Program-made: the position numbers and the translations under genes
The notes under the pieces: model-generated
Told to the model about the DNA's origin: nothing
Databases searched by the model: none
Seen by the model: only the letters and a program-made list of their open reading frames with translations
NCBI GenBank assembly: GCA_001189165.1
Contig: LFCO01000003.1
Location: forward strand, 126,984-190,983
Direction: 5' to 3'
Length of the DNA stretch: 64,000 nt
DNA from: Parcubacteria bacterium C7867-005
GTDB taxonomy: Bacteria; Patescibacteriota; Minisyncoccia; Phycocordibacterales; Zambryskibacteraceae
Shown here: in pieces, positions 39,581 through 49,894 of the stretch
Numbering within the stretch: the first letter of the stretch is position 1
How the letters are laid out: the number at the start of each line of letters is the position of its first letter

Positions 39581-39585
39581 ACACG

Positions 39586-40026
39586 ATGAAAAAACAAAAA
39601 GGTTTTACATTTATAGAGATTGTAGTCGGGGTCGCGGTGTTTTTGGTTTTTGCGGTGGGTGTGTATCAGGGTTATACAGCGGCATATAAAAGTATTGGCT
39701 CCTCACATACCAAGTCTTTGGCTGCTGATTTGGCCAATGAGCATTTTGAGATGATTAAAAATATGCCCTACAGTACTGTCGGTTTGATCGGAGGTAATCC
39801 GTCGGGCTTGGTTACTGCAGTACAAACAGCCGTCAGGGACGGCGCAACCTTTACCCTAACGACTGATATCCGAAATGTGGATGATCCGTTTGATTCTGTT
39901 TCACCCACCGATCCATTCCCAGCTGATTATAAGTTGGTGGAGGTTGTTATCACTTGCACAGGATGCAAAAATTTCACACCGGTTTCTGTTAACACACTAG
40001 TAGCTCCGAAGAATTTGGAAAGCTAA
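39586..40026 (+). CDS. Prepilin-type minor pilin (PilV-like)
   Basis: Class III signal KG/FTFIEI. Confidence 0.85.
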   Translation: MKKQKGFTFIEIVVGVAVFLVFAVGVYQGYTAAYKSIGSSHTKSLAADLANEHFEMIKNMPYSTVGLIGGNPSGLVTAVQTAVRDGATFTLTTDIRNVDDPFDSVSPTDPFPADYKLVEVVITCTGCKNFTPVSVNTLVAPKNLES

Positions 40027-40031
40027 TTATT

Positions 40032-40637
40032 ATGAAAAAAGGATTTAGTATAATTGAATTTTTAATCGCTGTAGCCATGTCTATTGTGGTTGTCTTCGGC
40101 ATCTCTATCGTGGCCAAGGATATAATCAGCTTAAATTCATCTGGACAAGCGAATCTCACTGCACAAATTGAAGGTAAAAAAGTTGTTAAAGTCATGGTTT
40201 CAGAATTGAGGAGAACATCCCCATCAGCTCAAGGTGGTTATCCTATTGAAACCGCGGCCACAAATACACTAACTTTCTTCGCAGATATAAATGATGACGA
40301 AAATGCCGATCGTATTAGATACTTTATAGATATTCCGACACGCACAATAAAGAGAGGGGTGGTTTTGGCGGCCGGACTGCCACCGTCTTATAACCTGGGT
40401 AATGAAAGTATCACTACCTTGATATCTAGTATTTCAAATGGTACTTCGACAGCTTTGTTCAGCTACTACAATGGTAACTATGCGGGGACTTCGAGTCCGC
40501 TTTCTGTGCCAGTCGACATACCGTCTGTTCGTTTGATAAAAATTACGGCCAAAATCGAACAAGATCCAAACCGTAGTCCAGCCATGATGACCGTCACTTC
40601 CCAAGCCTCACTAAGGAATTTGAAAGATAATTTATGA
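40032..40637 (+). CDS. Prepilin-type minor pilin (PilW-like)
   Basis: Class III signal KG/FSIIEF. Confidence 0.85.
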   Translation: MKKGFSIIEFLIAVAMSIVVVFGISIVAKDIISLNSSGQANLTAQIEGKKVVKVMVSELRRTSPSAQGGYPIETAATNTLTFFADINDDENADRIRYFIDIPTRTIKRGVVLAAGLPPSYNLGNESITTLISSISNGTSTALFSYYNGNYAGTSSPLSVPVDIPSVRLIKITAKIEQDPNRSPAMMTVTSQASLRNLKDNL

Positions 40638-42085
40638 TTTATAAAAAACAAAAACAATCAGGATATTTCTTGATTCAAACACTTGTGTTTGGTGCGATCG
40701 CCGTAGTTATAATCGGGGGTCTCATATCTTTTGCTATTGCTAATTCTAGACTAGCGAGGAGAAGTATTTTATCTGAACAAGCGTTTCAAACAGCAGAGGC
40801 GGGGATCGAATATTATCGTTGGCATTTAGCCCATGCGCCCACGGATTACACAAATGGTACGGGAGGCGCTGGTCCCTATGTAAAAAACTTTTACGACAAA
40901 AATAATGTACTCATCGGAACCTTTAGTTTAGCCATAACCCCTCCTGACCTAGGATCTACTTTGGTCAACATAGTATCAACTGGAGTATCCGCTGTTGATT
41001 CAAATATTTCTAGGAAGATCACAGTGCGTTTGGCTATCCCATCATTTGCGAATTTTGCCACAGTTTCTACTTCAGCCCTAAGATTCGGTGAAGGTACAGA
41101 AGTTTATGGACCAATACACTCGAACGCAGGTATTCGTTTTGATGGACTAGCTCATAATTTGGTGACTAGTTCTGTAGCAAATTATAATGATGCAGACCAC
41201 ACCGGTAACAATGAATTTGGTGTCCATACACACGTTAATCCACCACCAGGAAGTGGTATTAATGACACATTTAGAGCCCTGGAAGCTCCTCCTAGTGCTG
41301 TTCCTGTTCGAACCGATGTCTTTATAGCTGGAAGATCCTTTCCAGCTCCAGTCGTAGATTTTAGTGTGATAAACAGCGATCTAACCCAAATGAAAGTAGA
41401 TGCACAGGCAAGTGGCTTGTACTTTGCCACCTCTACAGTCTCTGGCTACAGAGTTGTTCTTAAAACAGACAATACTTTCGATGTCTATAGAGTAAACAGC
41501 CTCGTAGCTCCAGGAGCTTGTACTGGGTCAGGTACGGGTTGGGGTACTTGGAGCGTGAATGTCTCTACTCTTATGGGGAATTATGCGATACCAGCAAATG
41601 GCCTCGTTTATTTTGAAGATCATGTTTGGGTTGAAGGGATCGTCGACGGCTCCAGAATAACAATAATCGCTGCAAATCTGCCAGACACGAACAGTGCTTT
41701 GAGGAGGTCTATTACCATAAACAACGATTTACTGTATACAAACTATGATGGCCAGGATGTCGTAGCTCTTATTGCTCAAAATAACGTCAATGTTGGTCTA
41801 ATCAGTGAAGATGATATACGCATAGATGCTGCTTTGGTGGCCCAGGTAGGTAGAGTTGGTAGATTTTCCTATAATTCGAACTGTAGTCCTTACCACATAA
41901 GGTCTACACTCACTCTATATGGCACCATAGTTACTGCCCAAAGGTACGGGTTTGCTTATGTTGGTGGTCTGGGATACCAAATACGAAATCTTATATACGA
42001 CGCCTATCTTCTATACACCCCCCCTCCATCTTTCCCCGAAACATCTGATTTTTATGAGGTTATTTATTGGAAGGAATCTGAATAA
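40634..42085 (+). CDS. PilX-like large minor pilin
   Basis: SG/YFLIQ (no Glu5), QAFQTAEAGIEY, beta-rich body. Confidence 0.8.
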   Translation: MIYKKQKQSGYFLIQTLVFGAIAVVIIGGLISFAIANSRLARRSILSEQAFQTAEAGIEYYRWHLAHAPTDYTNGTGGAGPYVKNFYDKNNVLIGTFSLAITPPDLGSTLVNIVSTGVSAVDSNISRKITVRLAIPSFANFATVSTSALRFGEGTEVYGPIHSNAGIRFDGLAHNLVTSSVANYNDADHTGNNEFGVHTHVNPPPGSGINDTFRALEAPPSAVPVRTDVFIAGRSFPAPVVDFSVINSDLTQMKVDAQASGLYFATSTVSGYRVVLKTDNTFDVYRVNSLVAPGACTGSGTGWGTWSVNVSTLMGNYAIPANGLVYFEDHVWVEGIVDGSRITIIAANLPDTNSALRRSITINNDLLYTNYDGQDVVALIAQNNVNVGLISEDDIRIDAALVAQVGRVGRFSYNSNCSPYHIRSTLTLYGTIVTAQRYGFAYVGGLGYQIRNLIYDAYLLYTPPPSFPETSDFYEVIYWKESE

Positions 42086-42111
42086 TCTCTCTCTAGTGTT
42101 ATAATATTCGG

Positions 42112-42870
42112 ATGAGTAAGAAGATACTTGTGGCAAACTGGAAAAACCACCCAGAGTCACTCGATGAAGTCAAGGTAATTCTAAAAGGACTATCCAGAAA
42201 GTCTGCAGTCTATAAAAAACTAAATTTCTTTATCGCACCTCCGCTTTCTTACCTTGAATCAGTATCGAAGGGTATAAAGAGTTTTGGCTCACTTGCATCT
42301 CAAGACATCCCTACCGTTATAGAAGGAACGCATACTGGTATTGTCTCGGTAAATATACTTAAAAATTTTGGCACCAGGCTATCTATCATTGGCCACAGCG
42401 AGAGGCGAGCAATGGGCGAGACGAACAAAGAAATTTCTTTGAAGATCAAAATAGCCCTCAAGTCAGGTATCATTCCACTCCTCTGCGTTGGTGAGTTGGT
42501 GCGAGGCAAAGAGGGGGAGCATTTTGAATTTATCAGAGAACAAATCAGGCTTTCCCTGGAGGGAATAAAGAAGGCGGATTTATATAAAAAGGTCGTTATT
42601 GCCTATGAACCAATATGGGCTATAGGTAAGAGTGCCAAAGAGGCTATCGAGCCAAAGGATTTAGAGCAGATGATAATTTTTATAAAAAAAGTTTTAACCG
42701 ATTTATTTGGAAGAGATTTGGCAGAAAATACAATGATTCTTTATGGTGGGTCAGTAGAAGCAACAAACATAGGATCAATCATGGATGTTGGAGTAGATGG
42801 ATTTTTGGTTGGACATGCGTCGCTTGAGGCGGGATCATTAAATAGTATCGCTTCGAGTTTAATTTCTTAA
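42112..42870 (+). CDS. tpiA: Triosephosphate isomerase
   Basis: ANWK, GHSERR, AYEPIWAIG, LYGGSV. Confidence 0.96.
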   Translation: MSKKILVANWKNHPESLDEVKVILKGLSRKSAVYKKLNFFIAPPLSYLESVSKGIKSFGSLASQDIPTVIEGTHTGIVSVNILKNFGTRLSIIGHSERRAMGETNKEISLKIKIALKSGIIPLLCVGELVRGKEGEHFEFIREQIRLSLEGIKKADLYKKVVIAYEPIWAIGKSAKEAIEPKDLEQMIIFIKKVLTDLFGRDLAENTMILYGGSVEATNIGSIMDVGVDGFLVGHASLEAGSLNSIASSLIS

Positions 42871-42871
42871 A

Positions 42872-43954
42872 ATGGATTTCAAAACGATTCTTGAAGCGGG
42901 TGATTTGAGAGGGAAGAGAGTGCTCGTCCGCGTGGATTGGAATGTTCCTATAGAAGATGGTGTGGTTACAGATGATTTTCGCATAACTCAATCTTTACCA
43001 ACAATCGAGTATTTGATAAGAGCCGGAGCAAAAATAGTTTTGATAAGTCATCTGGGTAATAAGGGAGCAAGCCTAAAACCAGTTTTTGAATGTGCTAAAA
43101 CCATGATCCCAAATCTAACATTTGGTGGAGATGGAGATATAACTCTGCTTGAAAACTTGAGGGACAACGAAGGAGAGGAAAAAAACACCAGAGATTTCGC
43201 GCTAGAGCTCTCAAAATATGGTGACTTGTTTGTAAACGAAGCGTTCTCTGTGTCTCATAGAGAGCATGCTTCTATTGTGGGTGTGCCAAAGCTTTTGCCC
43301 AGCTTCGCAGGGCTCTTATTTGGTAAGGAAGTAAAAAGTCTGTCCAGAGCCTTTTACCCCAAACACCCCTTCCTGTTTATTTTAGGCGGAGCCAAATTTG
43401 ATACCAAACTTCCATTGATCGATAAGTTTATGGGGGTGGCTGATTCGTTGTTTGTAGGAGGAGCACTCGCCCATAATTTTTTTAGAGAATTGGGTAAAAA
43501 CTTGGGCAAGTCGCTTGTTTCTCCTGGAGATTTTGATCTGGAATCAAAGTATCAGTCTGGCAAGATTATGCTACCCGATGATGTTGTGGTGGAAAATGAG
43601 GCAGGATCAAGCGTTGAGGATGTCGATTCTATGAAAGACAATGACATGATTATGGACGCCGGGCCAAAATCTATAAACCAACTAAAATCCAAGATAGCCG
43701 AAGCTCAGTTTATTTTATGGAACGGTCCTTTGGGGAATTATGAGCTGGGGTATAAAGAAGCCACTCATTCTTTGGCTAAAATACTTTCACAGAGTAACAA
43801 AGAAGTGATTGTCGGTGGTGCAGATACGATCGCATGCATAAAAGAACTTGGTCTATATGAGAAATTCTCCTTCGTGTCTACCGGAGGAGGGGCTATGCTC
43901 GATTTCTTGGCCAATGGCAGCTTGCCCGGGATAGAGTCTCTTAAGAGACCATAA
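42872..43954 (+). CDS. pgk: Phosphoglycerate kinase (compact)
   Basis: RVDWNVP, SHLG, LLENLR, LGGAK, WNGPLG, STGGGA. Confidence 0.96.
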   Translation: MDFKTILEAGDLRGKRVLVRVDWNVPIEDGVVTDDFRITQSLPTIEYLIRAGAKIVLISHLGNKGASLKPVFECAKTMIPNLTFGGDGDITLLENLRDNEGEEKNTRDFALELSKYGDLFVNEAFSVSHREHASIVGVPKLLPSFAGLLFGKEVKSLSRAFYPKHPFLFILGGAKFDTKLPLIDKFMGVADSLFVGGALAHNFFRELGKNLGKSLVSPGDFDLESKYQSGKIMLPDDVVVENEAGSSVEDVDSMKDNDMIMDAGPKSINQLKSKIAEAQFILWNGPLGNYELGYKEATHSLAKILSQSNKEVIVGGADTIACIKELGLYEKFSFVSTGGGAMLDFLANGSLPGIESLKRP

Positions 43955-44354
43955 GGTTTTTTATCTTTTCTGCTGCATCGACGATTTCTTCTTTGGTGTG
44001 TTTGTCGCCGTGCCAGTGAGTAAATCCATCTCCTTCAAATCTGGGGATGATATGTATGTGTGAGTGGAAGATTATTTGCCCAGCTTCTTTACCATTATTC
44101 ATATGGATATTAACCCCATCTGCACTCAAGGCAGATTTTAGGGCTACGGATATTTTTTGAGCGACCAGTATCATCTTCGACATATTGTCACTTTCCGTAT
44201 CGAAGATATTTGTAGAGTGTTTTTTGGGCACAACTAAGGTATGACCAAGATTAACTGGTGTGGTATCTGCGAAAGCCAGAGTTTCGCAGTCCTCATATAC
44301 AACACTTGCTAAGATTTCCCTATTTATGATTTTGCAGAATATACAGTCAGACAT
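43941..44354 (-). CDS. HIT-family hydrolase
   Basis: DCIFCKI, GHTLVVPKKH, HSHIHIIPR. Start set to ATG 44354. Confidence 0.93.
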   Translation of the reverse strand: MSDCIFCKIINREILASVVYEDCETLAFADTTPVNLGHTLVVPKKHSTNIFDTESDNMSKMILVAQKISVALKSALSADGVNIHMNNGKEAGQIIFHSHIHIIPRFEGDGFTHWHGDKHTKEEIVDAAEKIKNLMVS

Positions 44355-44355
44355 T

Positions 44356-45303
44356 TTAGTAAGAGTTCGTGTTGACCAAGCGTCCATCGGCGTCATATAG
44401 AAAGATGGTCTCATCTTCTTCGTCCCACATTTCCCAGTCTCTGTCGAGGAAGATTCGCCAGCCCCTTAGATTAAAATCTTTGTCATTCTGGTGATTATTG
44501 ACACAGCCTAAGTAGCTATAGTGAGACTTAATGAAGGCTACGCACGCATTAGACAAACCGTCCTCTCCATCGACGCAACCACGACATTTTTCACCATCTA
44601 TATCTAACCCATCGTATTCGGGTGTATGACACGAAGAAAAATTCTCTATAAAATCTTTGCACTTACCGTCCAGACTATCAAATCCAGGCTCCCTAGTTGG
44701 AACCGGGCAGTTACTTTGGATTGGAGGATTAAACTCATATTCTGGCAAGTTTTCTAAGTAGCCGGAGCATTTGTTTTCTTTGAAGCTCGTGATCTTATAA
44801 GGTATATTCTGCCCAATTGAACCAGAAGACACTATGGCCTCGTCGCCACTTTTTAGAACAATATCTGAAAATAAGTTGTATCCGGTTCCTGTGAATAAGG
44901 ATACTGCTTTGGGGATATAAGCTATGTCTGCATTAAAGTTTTTTAGGTTGCCGCTAACTTCGTAAGTTTTTGAATCTTTGGAGTTTTTTAGTTTCCATCC
45001 ATTGATGTTTATGTTCTCCTCTCCTCTGTTTTCAATCATGATGTACTCATCTTTTGGTTGGTATTCGTATGAAGCATTACCAGTACTGATACTTATATTT
45101 TTGGAATACGGAGAATTGTACCCATACTCTAACCCATAGTTGTTCCTCTCTGTCCTCCAAGAGAGGTTGTTATCACCAAAAGACAAGAAACTTCTTGATG
45201 GTCCTGGGCTGTTTTTAGGTAGTATGAAGACAAATATGATCAGACAGAGAGCAAGGAGGATCATGATACCTTCATTGAACTCACCTCGTTGATGGTTTTT
45301 CAT
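44356..45303 (-). CDS. Membrane-anchored lamin-tail-like domain protein with Cys-rich insert
   Basis: EYIMIENRGEENININGWKL ... ETIFLYDADGRLV. Confidence 0.65.
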   Translation of the reverse strand: MKNHQRGEFNEGIMILLALCLIIFVFILPKNSPGPSRSFLSFGDNNLSWRTERNNYGLEYGYNSPYSKNISISTGNASYEYQPKDEYIMIENRGEENININGWKLKNSKDSKTYEVSGNLKNFNADIAYIPKAVSLFTGTGYNLFSDIVLKSGDEAIVSSGSIGQNIPYKITSFKENKCSGYLENLPEYEFNPPIQSNCPVPTREPGFDSLDGKCKDFIENFSSCHTPEYDGLDIDGEKCRGCVDGEDGLSNACVAFIKSHYSYLGCVNNHQNDKDFNLRGWRIFLDRDWEMWDEEDETIFLYDADGRLVNTNSY

Positions 45304-45352
45304 AGATTCATCATAATACAAGAGAAGAATAACCGCATGCTAGAATGGCCAG

Positions 45353-47023
45353 ATGTCTAAAGCTTACTTTCCAGAGATTTTTGAAGCTTTGAGAAAACAA
45401 AGAGGTCTTTCGCTTGAATCTATGGAAGAGTTTCTGAGCCCAAGCTATGACAAATTGCATGACCCAATGTTATTGCCTGACATGGAGAAGGCACGAGATC
45501 GGGTTATCAAAGCCATAAATGAGAATGAACACATCGTAGTGTTCTCAGACTATGACGCAGATGGTATCCCTGGCGCGGTGGTTATGTCTGATTTTTTCTC
45601 TAGAGCCAAGTATGAGAATGTGTCTTTCTATATACCCCATAGGCATGATGAGGGATTCGGTTTGAATAAAGATGCAGTAGAAGAGATAGTCCTACGCGGA
45701 GCAAAGCTTCTAATCACCGTCGATTGCGGTGTGGCTGATTTGGATGAAGTGGCTCAAGCACAAAAAGCCGGGGTGGACGTCATCATCACTGACCATCACG
45801 AACAAAAAGAAAAACTCCCCAAAGCATTCGCAGTAGTTAATCCAAAAAGAAAAGATTCAAAGTATCCATTCAAGGAAATTTGCGGTTCCGCGGTGGCTTA
45901 TAAACTGGTCCAGGCAGTTTTGGCTAAGGAAGAATCCGCCAGCTGGCGGATCGGGATCAAACCAGGGATGGAGAAGTGGTCCTTAGATATGGTTGGTATA
46001 GCCACTCTCTCAGACATGGTTCCCCTTGTAGATGAGAATAGAATATTCGCCAAATATGGTTTGGATGTGTTGAGGAAGGCTACGAGACCTGGCCTAGTCG
46101 CTTTGTTTAGAAAACTGAATATGAATCAGAAATACCTGACAGAGGATGATGTGGCTTTTATGATCACCCCACGAATCAATGCTGCTTCGAGGATGGGTAA
46201 ACCAGAAGATGCTTTTAATTTATTAAAAACCAATAATATATTAGAAGCAGATAAACTCGCAGATCATCTTGAAAAAATAAATAATGAACGCAAGGGCATC
46301 GTCGCCTCACTTGTCAAAGAGGCCAAATCAGAAATGGCACTAAGAGAATCAGTGTCAGAAGTTATTTTTATCGGTAACCCTGATTGGAGGCCGTCCCTCT
46401 TGGGTTTGGTGGCTAATTCGTTGGTCGAAGAATATTCGCGTCCAGTTTTTGTTTGGGGGAGGGATGGGGACGGGGTGCTCAAGGGGTCCTGCAGGTCGTA
46501 CGATGGAATTAATCTCTACTTGCTGATGGATGGGGTCAAAGAATATTTTGTGGAGTACGGTGGCCATGGTGGAGCGGGAGGATTCTCTATTACTCTTGAA
46601 AATATTTCTAATATAGAACCAGCTCTTTCTAAGTTTGTAAAAACTTTGGACACCAAACGAACCATAGAAGACGATAATACTGCCATATCCATCACTCTCG
46701 ATGAAGTGGGGGAGAGTTTGTGGTCGACGATATCCTCCTTTGCTCCGTTTGGGATGTCGAATCCAAAGCCGCTCTTCAAGATGTCTAATGTAGAAATACA
46801 CTCTGCTAAGAATTTTGGTAAAACCGGTAACCACCTCGAGGTGGTAGTGAGGTCAGAAAAGAATAAGACTATCAAAGCTATCTCATTCTTTAATACTATA
46901 GAGAGTGTTGGTACGCCCCTTGCTCCTGGTTCTAGGGCAAACCTCGGTGCTTACCTCGAAAAATCCTATTTCAGAAACCGTCCAGAGCTAAGACTCCGAA
47001 TTGTTGATATTATGAGTTTATGA
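45353..47023 (+). CDS. recJ: ssDNA exonuclease RecJ
   Basis: DYDADG, TVDCG, TDHH, PRINAASR, GSCRS, GGH. Confidence 0.96.
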   Translation: MSKAYFPEIFEALRKQRGLSLESMEEFLSPSYDKLHDPMLLPDMEKARDRVIKAINENEHIVVFSDYDADGIPGAVVMSDFFSRAKYENVSFYIPHRHDEGFGLNKDAVEEIVLRGAKLLITVDCGVADLDEVAQAQKAGVDVIITDHHEQKEKLPKAFAVVNPKRKDSKYPFKEICGSAVAYKLVQAVLAKEESASWRIGIKPGMEKWSLDMVGIATLSDMVPLVDENRIFAKYGLDVLRKATRPGLVALFRKLNMNQKYLTEDDVAFMITPRINAASRMGKPEDAFNLLKTNNILEADKLADHLEKINNERKGIVASLVKEAKSEMALRESVSEVIFIGNPDWRPSLLGLVANSLVEEYSRPVFVWGRDGDGVLKGSCRSYDGINLYLLMDGVKEYFVEYGGHGGAGGFSITLENISNIEPALSKFVKTLDTKRTIEDDNTAISITLDEVGESLWSTISSFAPFGMSNPKPLFKMSNVEIHSAKNFGKTGNHLEVVVRSEKNKTIKAISFFNTIESVGTPLAPGSRANLGAYLEKSYFRNRPELRLRIVDIMSL

Positions 47024-47508
47024 GCATAACTATTTTTACTGACGGGTCATCGAAGGGGAATCCTGGACCTGGGGGGTGGGGGGCTATTGTGGCTTACACG
47101 GATAAGGTGGTTGAACTTGGGGGTAGAGAGGAACACACGACGAACAACCGTATGGAACTTTCCGCAGCGATCTATGCAATAGAGTCTTTAAAACAAAGCG
47201 AAGTAGCCACCATCTATTCTGATTCAACCTATGTGGTCAAAGGTATCACCGAGTGGATCCACGGTTGGCACAGAAACAATTGGAAAACAGCAGGCAAGAA
47301 ACCCGTAGAGAACAAAGATTTATGGTTGAGATTATTCGATGCTATCCAGAACAAAGACCTAAAATGGAAAGTGATACCTGGACATGCAGGTATCCATGCG
47401 AACGAACGCTGCGATGAGATCGCCACTTCTTTCGCTGATAATCTCCTTCCAGTTTTATATGATGGATCGAGAGCAGGCTATACCACCAAACTTGAAGTGA
47501 ATGGATAA
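47020..47508 (+). CDS. rnhA: Ribonuclease HI
   Basis: FTDGSSKGNPGPGGWG, TTNNRMEL, SDS, GHAG..ANERCD. Confidence 0.96.
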   Translation: MSITIFTDGSSKGNPGPGGWGAIVAYTDKVVELGGREEHTTNNRMELSAAIYAIESLKQSEVATIYSDSTYVVKGITEWIHGWHRNNWKTAGKKPVENKDLWLRLFDAIQNKDLKWKVIPGHAGIHANERCDEIATSFADNLLPVLYDGSRAGYTTKLEVNG

Positions 47509-48982
47509 AATAATAAGTAAGATAGAAAATACCCGGCACTCGGGTATTTTTGTTTTCTTGTGGAGTTTCATTATTGCCGTACTCTGTTCTTCTTTTATAA
47601 ATATCCTACCGATAATAAGTCTATGTCTGATGACCGTCGGGTTTTTAGGTTTTTTGTTTTTTAAATTTATAAAGATAGAAGCAAATATTTTAATCAGCTT
47701 GTTATTCCTAGTTATCTTCTCATTCGGTTTCGGAGCTCTGCGTTTTGAGATAAAAGATTATCATTTGTTGGATAAGAAATTCGAAGCATCATTAGAATCA
47801 AAAATAGAATTAGATGGCTTGGTTATAAGCGAGGTTGAAACCAGAGAGAGTGGCTCGAGATTTGTCTTAGATGTAGATGGACAGAAGATTTTGGTCAGCG
47901 CCAGAGATTTCTCTAATACAGAATACGGAGATCGGGTAGCGGTTACTGGCAAGCTCCAAAAGCCGGGGATTATAGAGAGTGATACGGGTAGAGACTTCGA
48001 CTACGGTGCCTATTTATCCAAGGATGATATTTATTACACCATGAGTTTCGCAGAGGTAGAGACCCTCTCCTCTGGTCACGGTAATTTTTTAAAATCTTTC
48101 CTCATCAAGATAAAAACAAAGTTCACAGACAGGATGAATACAATCTTGCCAGAACCAGAATCATCTTTACTTGCAGGTCTACTTGTCTCTGGTAAGCAGG
48201 CTCTACCCAAAAGCACACTCGAAGAATTTAAGAGAGCGGGGATAGTGCACATAGTCGTGCTCTCTGGTTATAACGTCACCATTATCGCAGAGTTTTTCCG
48301 CAAAATGTTTGGTTTGTTGTCTGTCCGATTTGCTTTGCCAGCATCAGTTGTTGGTATTGTCCTATTCACACTACTTACTGGTGCATCTGCTACCGTAGTC
48401 AGGGCGTCCATTATGGTGCTGATTGTATTGTTCAGTAAATCTCTTGGACGGACTTATTCTGTTGGACGGGCATTGCTTTTGGCCGGAGTGCTCATGGTTT
48501 TCCATAACCCAAAAATTTTGGTTTTTGATCCATCTTTCGAACTTTCTTTTATTGCTGTCCTCGCACTTGCATACATGAGCTCCTTAGCCGAAAAGTATCT
48601 CGGCAGTATTCCTCTGCAGTGGGGCATGAGGAGTATGTTGGCAACTATTATCAGCACTCAGGTTGCAGTTTTGCCATACCTGCTTTACTCGATGGGGAGT
48701 TTTTCTATGGTGTCTGTGTTCTCAAATACCCTGATCCTATTGTTCATACCTGTTACAATGCTCATTGGCTTTGCGGCTGTATCTCTGTCGTTTGTGGGTT
48801 TTTATCTGGCAATGCCATTTTCGTATTGCGCGCATCTCCTCCTAGAGTACATACTCTCGGTTGCTCACTATCTAGGTAATTTATCTTTTGCCAGTATCTC
48901 TGTGCCGATTTTCCCTTGGTGGTTAGCTGTTTTTATTTATTTAGTATTGATAGGTTTTGTTTATAATAGATCCAAGACTTAA
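47501..48982 (+). CDS. comEC: ComEC/Rec2 DNA-uptake channel (DUF4131 and Competence domains, no MBL)
   Basis: FDYGAYL, GIVHIVVLSGYN, VVRASIM, SFELSF. Confidence 0.92.
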   Translation: MDKIISKIENTRHSGIFVFLWSFIIAVLCSSFINILPIISLCLMTVGFLGFLFFKFIKIEANILISLLFLVIFSFGFGALRFEIKDYHLLDKKFEASLESKIELDGLVISEVETRESGSRFVLDVDGQKILVSARDFSNTEYGDRVAVTGKLQKPGIIESDTGRDFDYGAYLSKDDIYYTMSFAEVETLSSGHGNFLKSFLIKIKTKFTDRMNTILPEPESSLLAGLLVSGKQALPKSTLEEFKRAGIVHIVVLSGYNVTIIAEFFRKMFGLLSVRFALPASVVGIVLFTLLTGASATVVRASIMVLIVLFSKSLGRTYSVGRALLLAGVLMVFHNPKILVFDPSFELSFIAVLALAYMSSLAEKYLGSIPLQWGMRSMLATIISTQVAVLPYLLYSMGSFSMVSVFSNTLILLFIPVTMLIGFAAVSLSFVGFYLAMPFSYCAHLLLEYILSVAHYLGNLSFASISVPIFPWWLAVFIYLVLIGFVYNRSKT

Positions 48983-49317
48983 GCAGCTAAACTATGTTTT
49001 TTATTTAGATGATCGCTCGCCCTATCTCTGATATCCAAGATAATCCTTTCAAAATCTTCTGGCTTTGTGTCTCCGGGTAATTCTCTAACCTCCCATTCAT
49101 GATGCAGACCAACGCTCCTCTCGTCTATCCGACGATGAAAAGAAAGTTCCATTCTAAAAGTATTATCTATGGCTGTATCGTATGCTTCGGCTTGTTCTGG
49201 CGACCCTGCGTCAAAGGACAAAATCCAGCCAGTCCTATCGAATGGTGGCTTGACCTCTATCTTTAGTTCATCCAACTTCTCAACTTCAGGTACTGGTTCG
49301 TGGAAATCTATAGCCAT
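48979..49317 (-). CDS. Hypothetical acidic protein
   Basis: Fills the gap; starts 1 nt after the sod stop. Confidence 0.6.
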   Translation of the reverse strand: MAIDFHEPVPEVEKLDELKIEVKPPFDRTGWILSFDAGSPEQAEAYDTAIDNTFRMELSFHRRIDERSVGLHHEWEVRELPGDTKPEDFERIILDIRDRASDHLNKKHSLAA

Positions 49318-49318
49318 T

Positions 49319-49843
49319 TTATTTTGCCTTAGCCAAATTATCTTCTACCGTTTCCCAGTTTAAATTTTTGAAAAATGTTTCGACATACTGTTTCTTGTCT
49401 GCGGGGGTGTAGTCGAGGTAGTAAGAGTGCTCCCACATATCTAGAGCTAATATTGGGGTGAGGCCAGAGAGTTGTCCAAGATGTTGTTCGTCCACCCAAG
49501 ATTGGATTAACCGGTTTGTCGCCTTGTCGTAGTAGACCATCGCCCAGCCAACTCCACGAGTGAGTGCGAGTTCCTTAAATTTTTCTAAGTCGAATCCCAT
49601 TTTTGCGAATTCACCACCCTCATTCATAGGCTTGGGTCCGCCCACGAAATGAGCAAAATAAACTTCATGATTTCTCATACCATTGAATTCAAAAGGGAAC
49701 CTGCGGTCATAACCAGTGCCCTGAAGTAATGTGTTTGTGTTTTTCACATATCCTGCATAGAGCTTCAGGTGCTCTTCAATTGTTTTTTCAGAGATGCCGA
49801 TCAATTTTGGTATCTCGAACTTTTTTTCTTCGAATGTTGTCAT
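49319..49843 (-). CDS. Fe/Mn superoxide dismutase-family protein (short)
   Basis: EEHLKLY, NHE, GVGWA, LDMWEHSYYLDY. Confidence 0.9.
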   Translation of the reverse strand: MTTFEEKKFEIPKLIGISEKTIEEHLKLYAGYVKNTNTLLQGTGYDRRFPFEFNGMRNHEVYFAHFVGGPKPMNEGGEFAKMGFDLEKFKELALTRGVGWAMVYYDKATNRLIQSWVDEQHLGQLSGLTPILALDMWEHSYYLDYTPADKKQYVETFFKNLNWETVEDNLAKAK

Positions 49844-49894
49844 AGAGTTTTTATATTTCTAATCTTTTTAATTATAACACCCTATACTGTGGGT

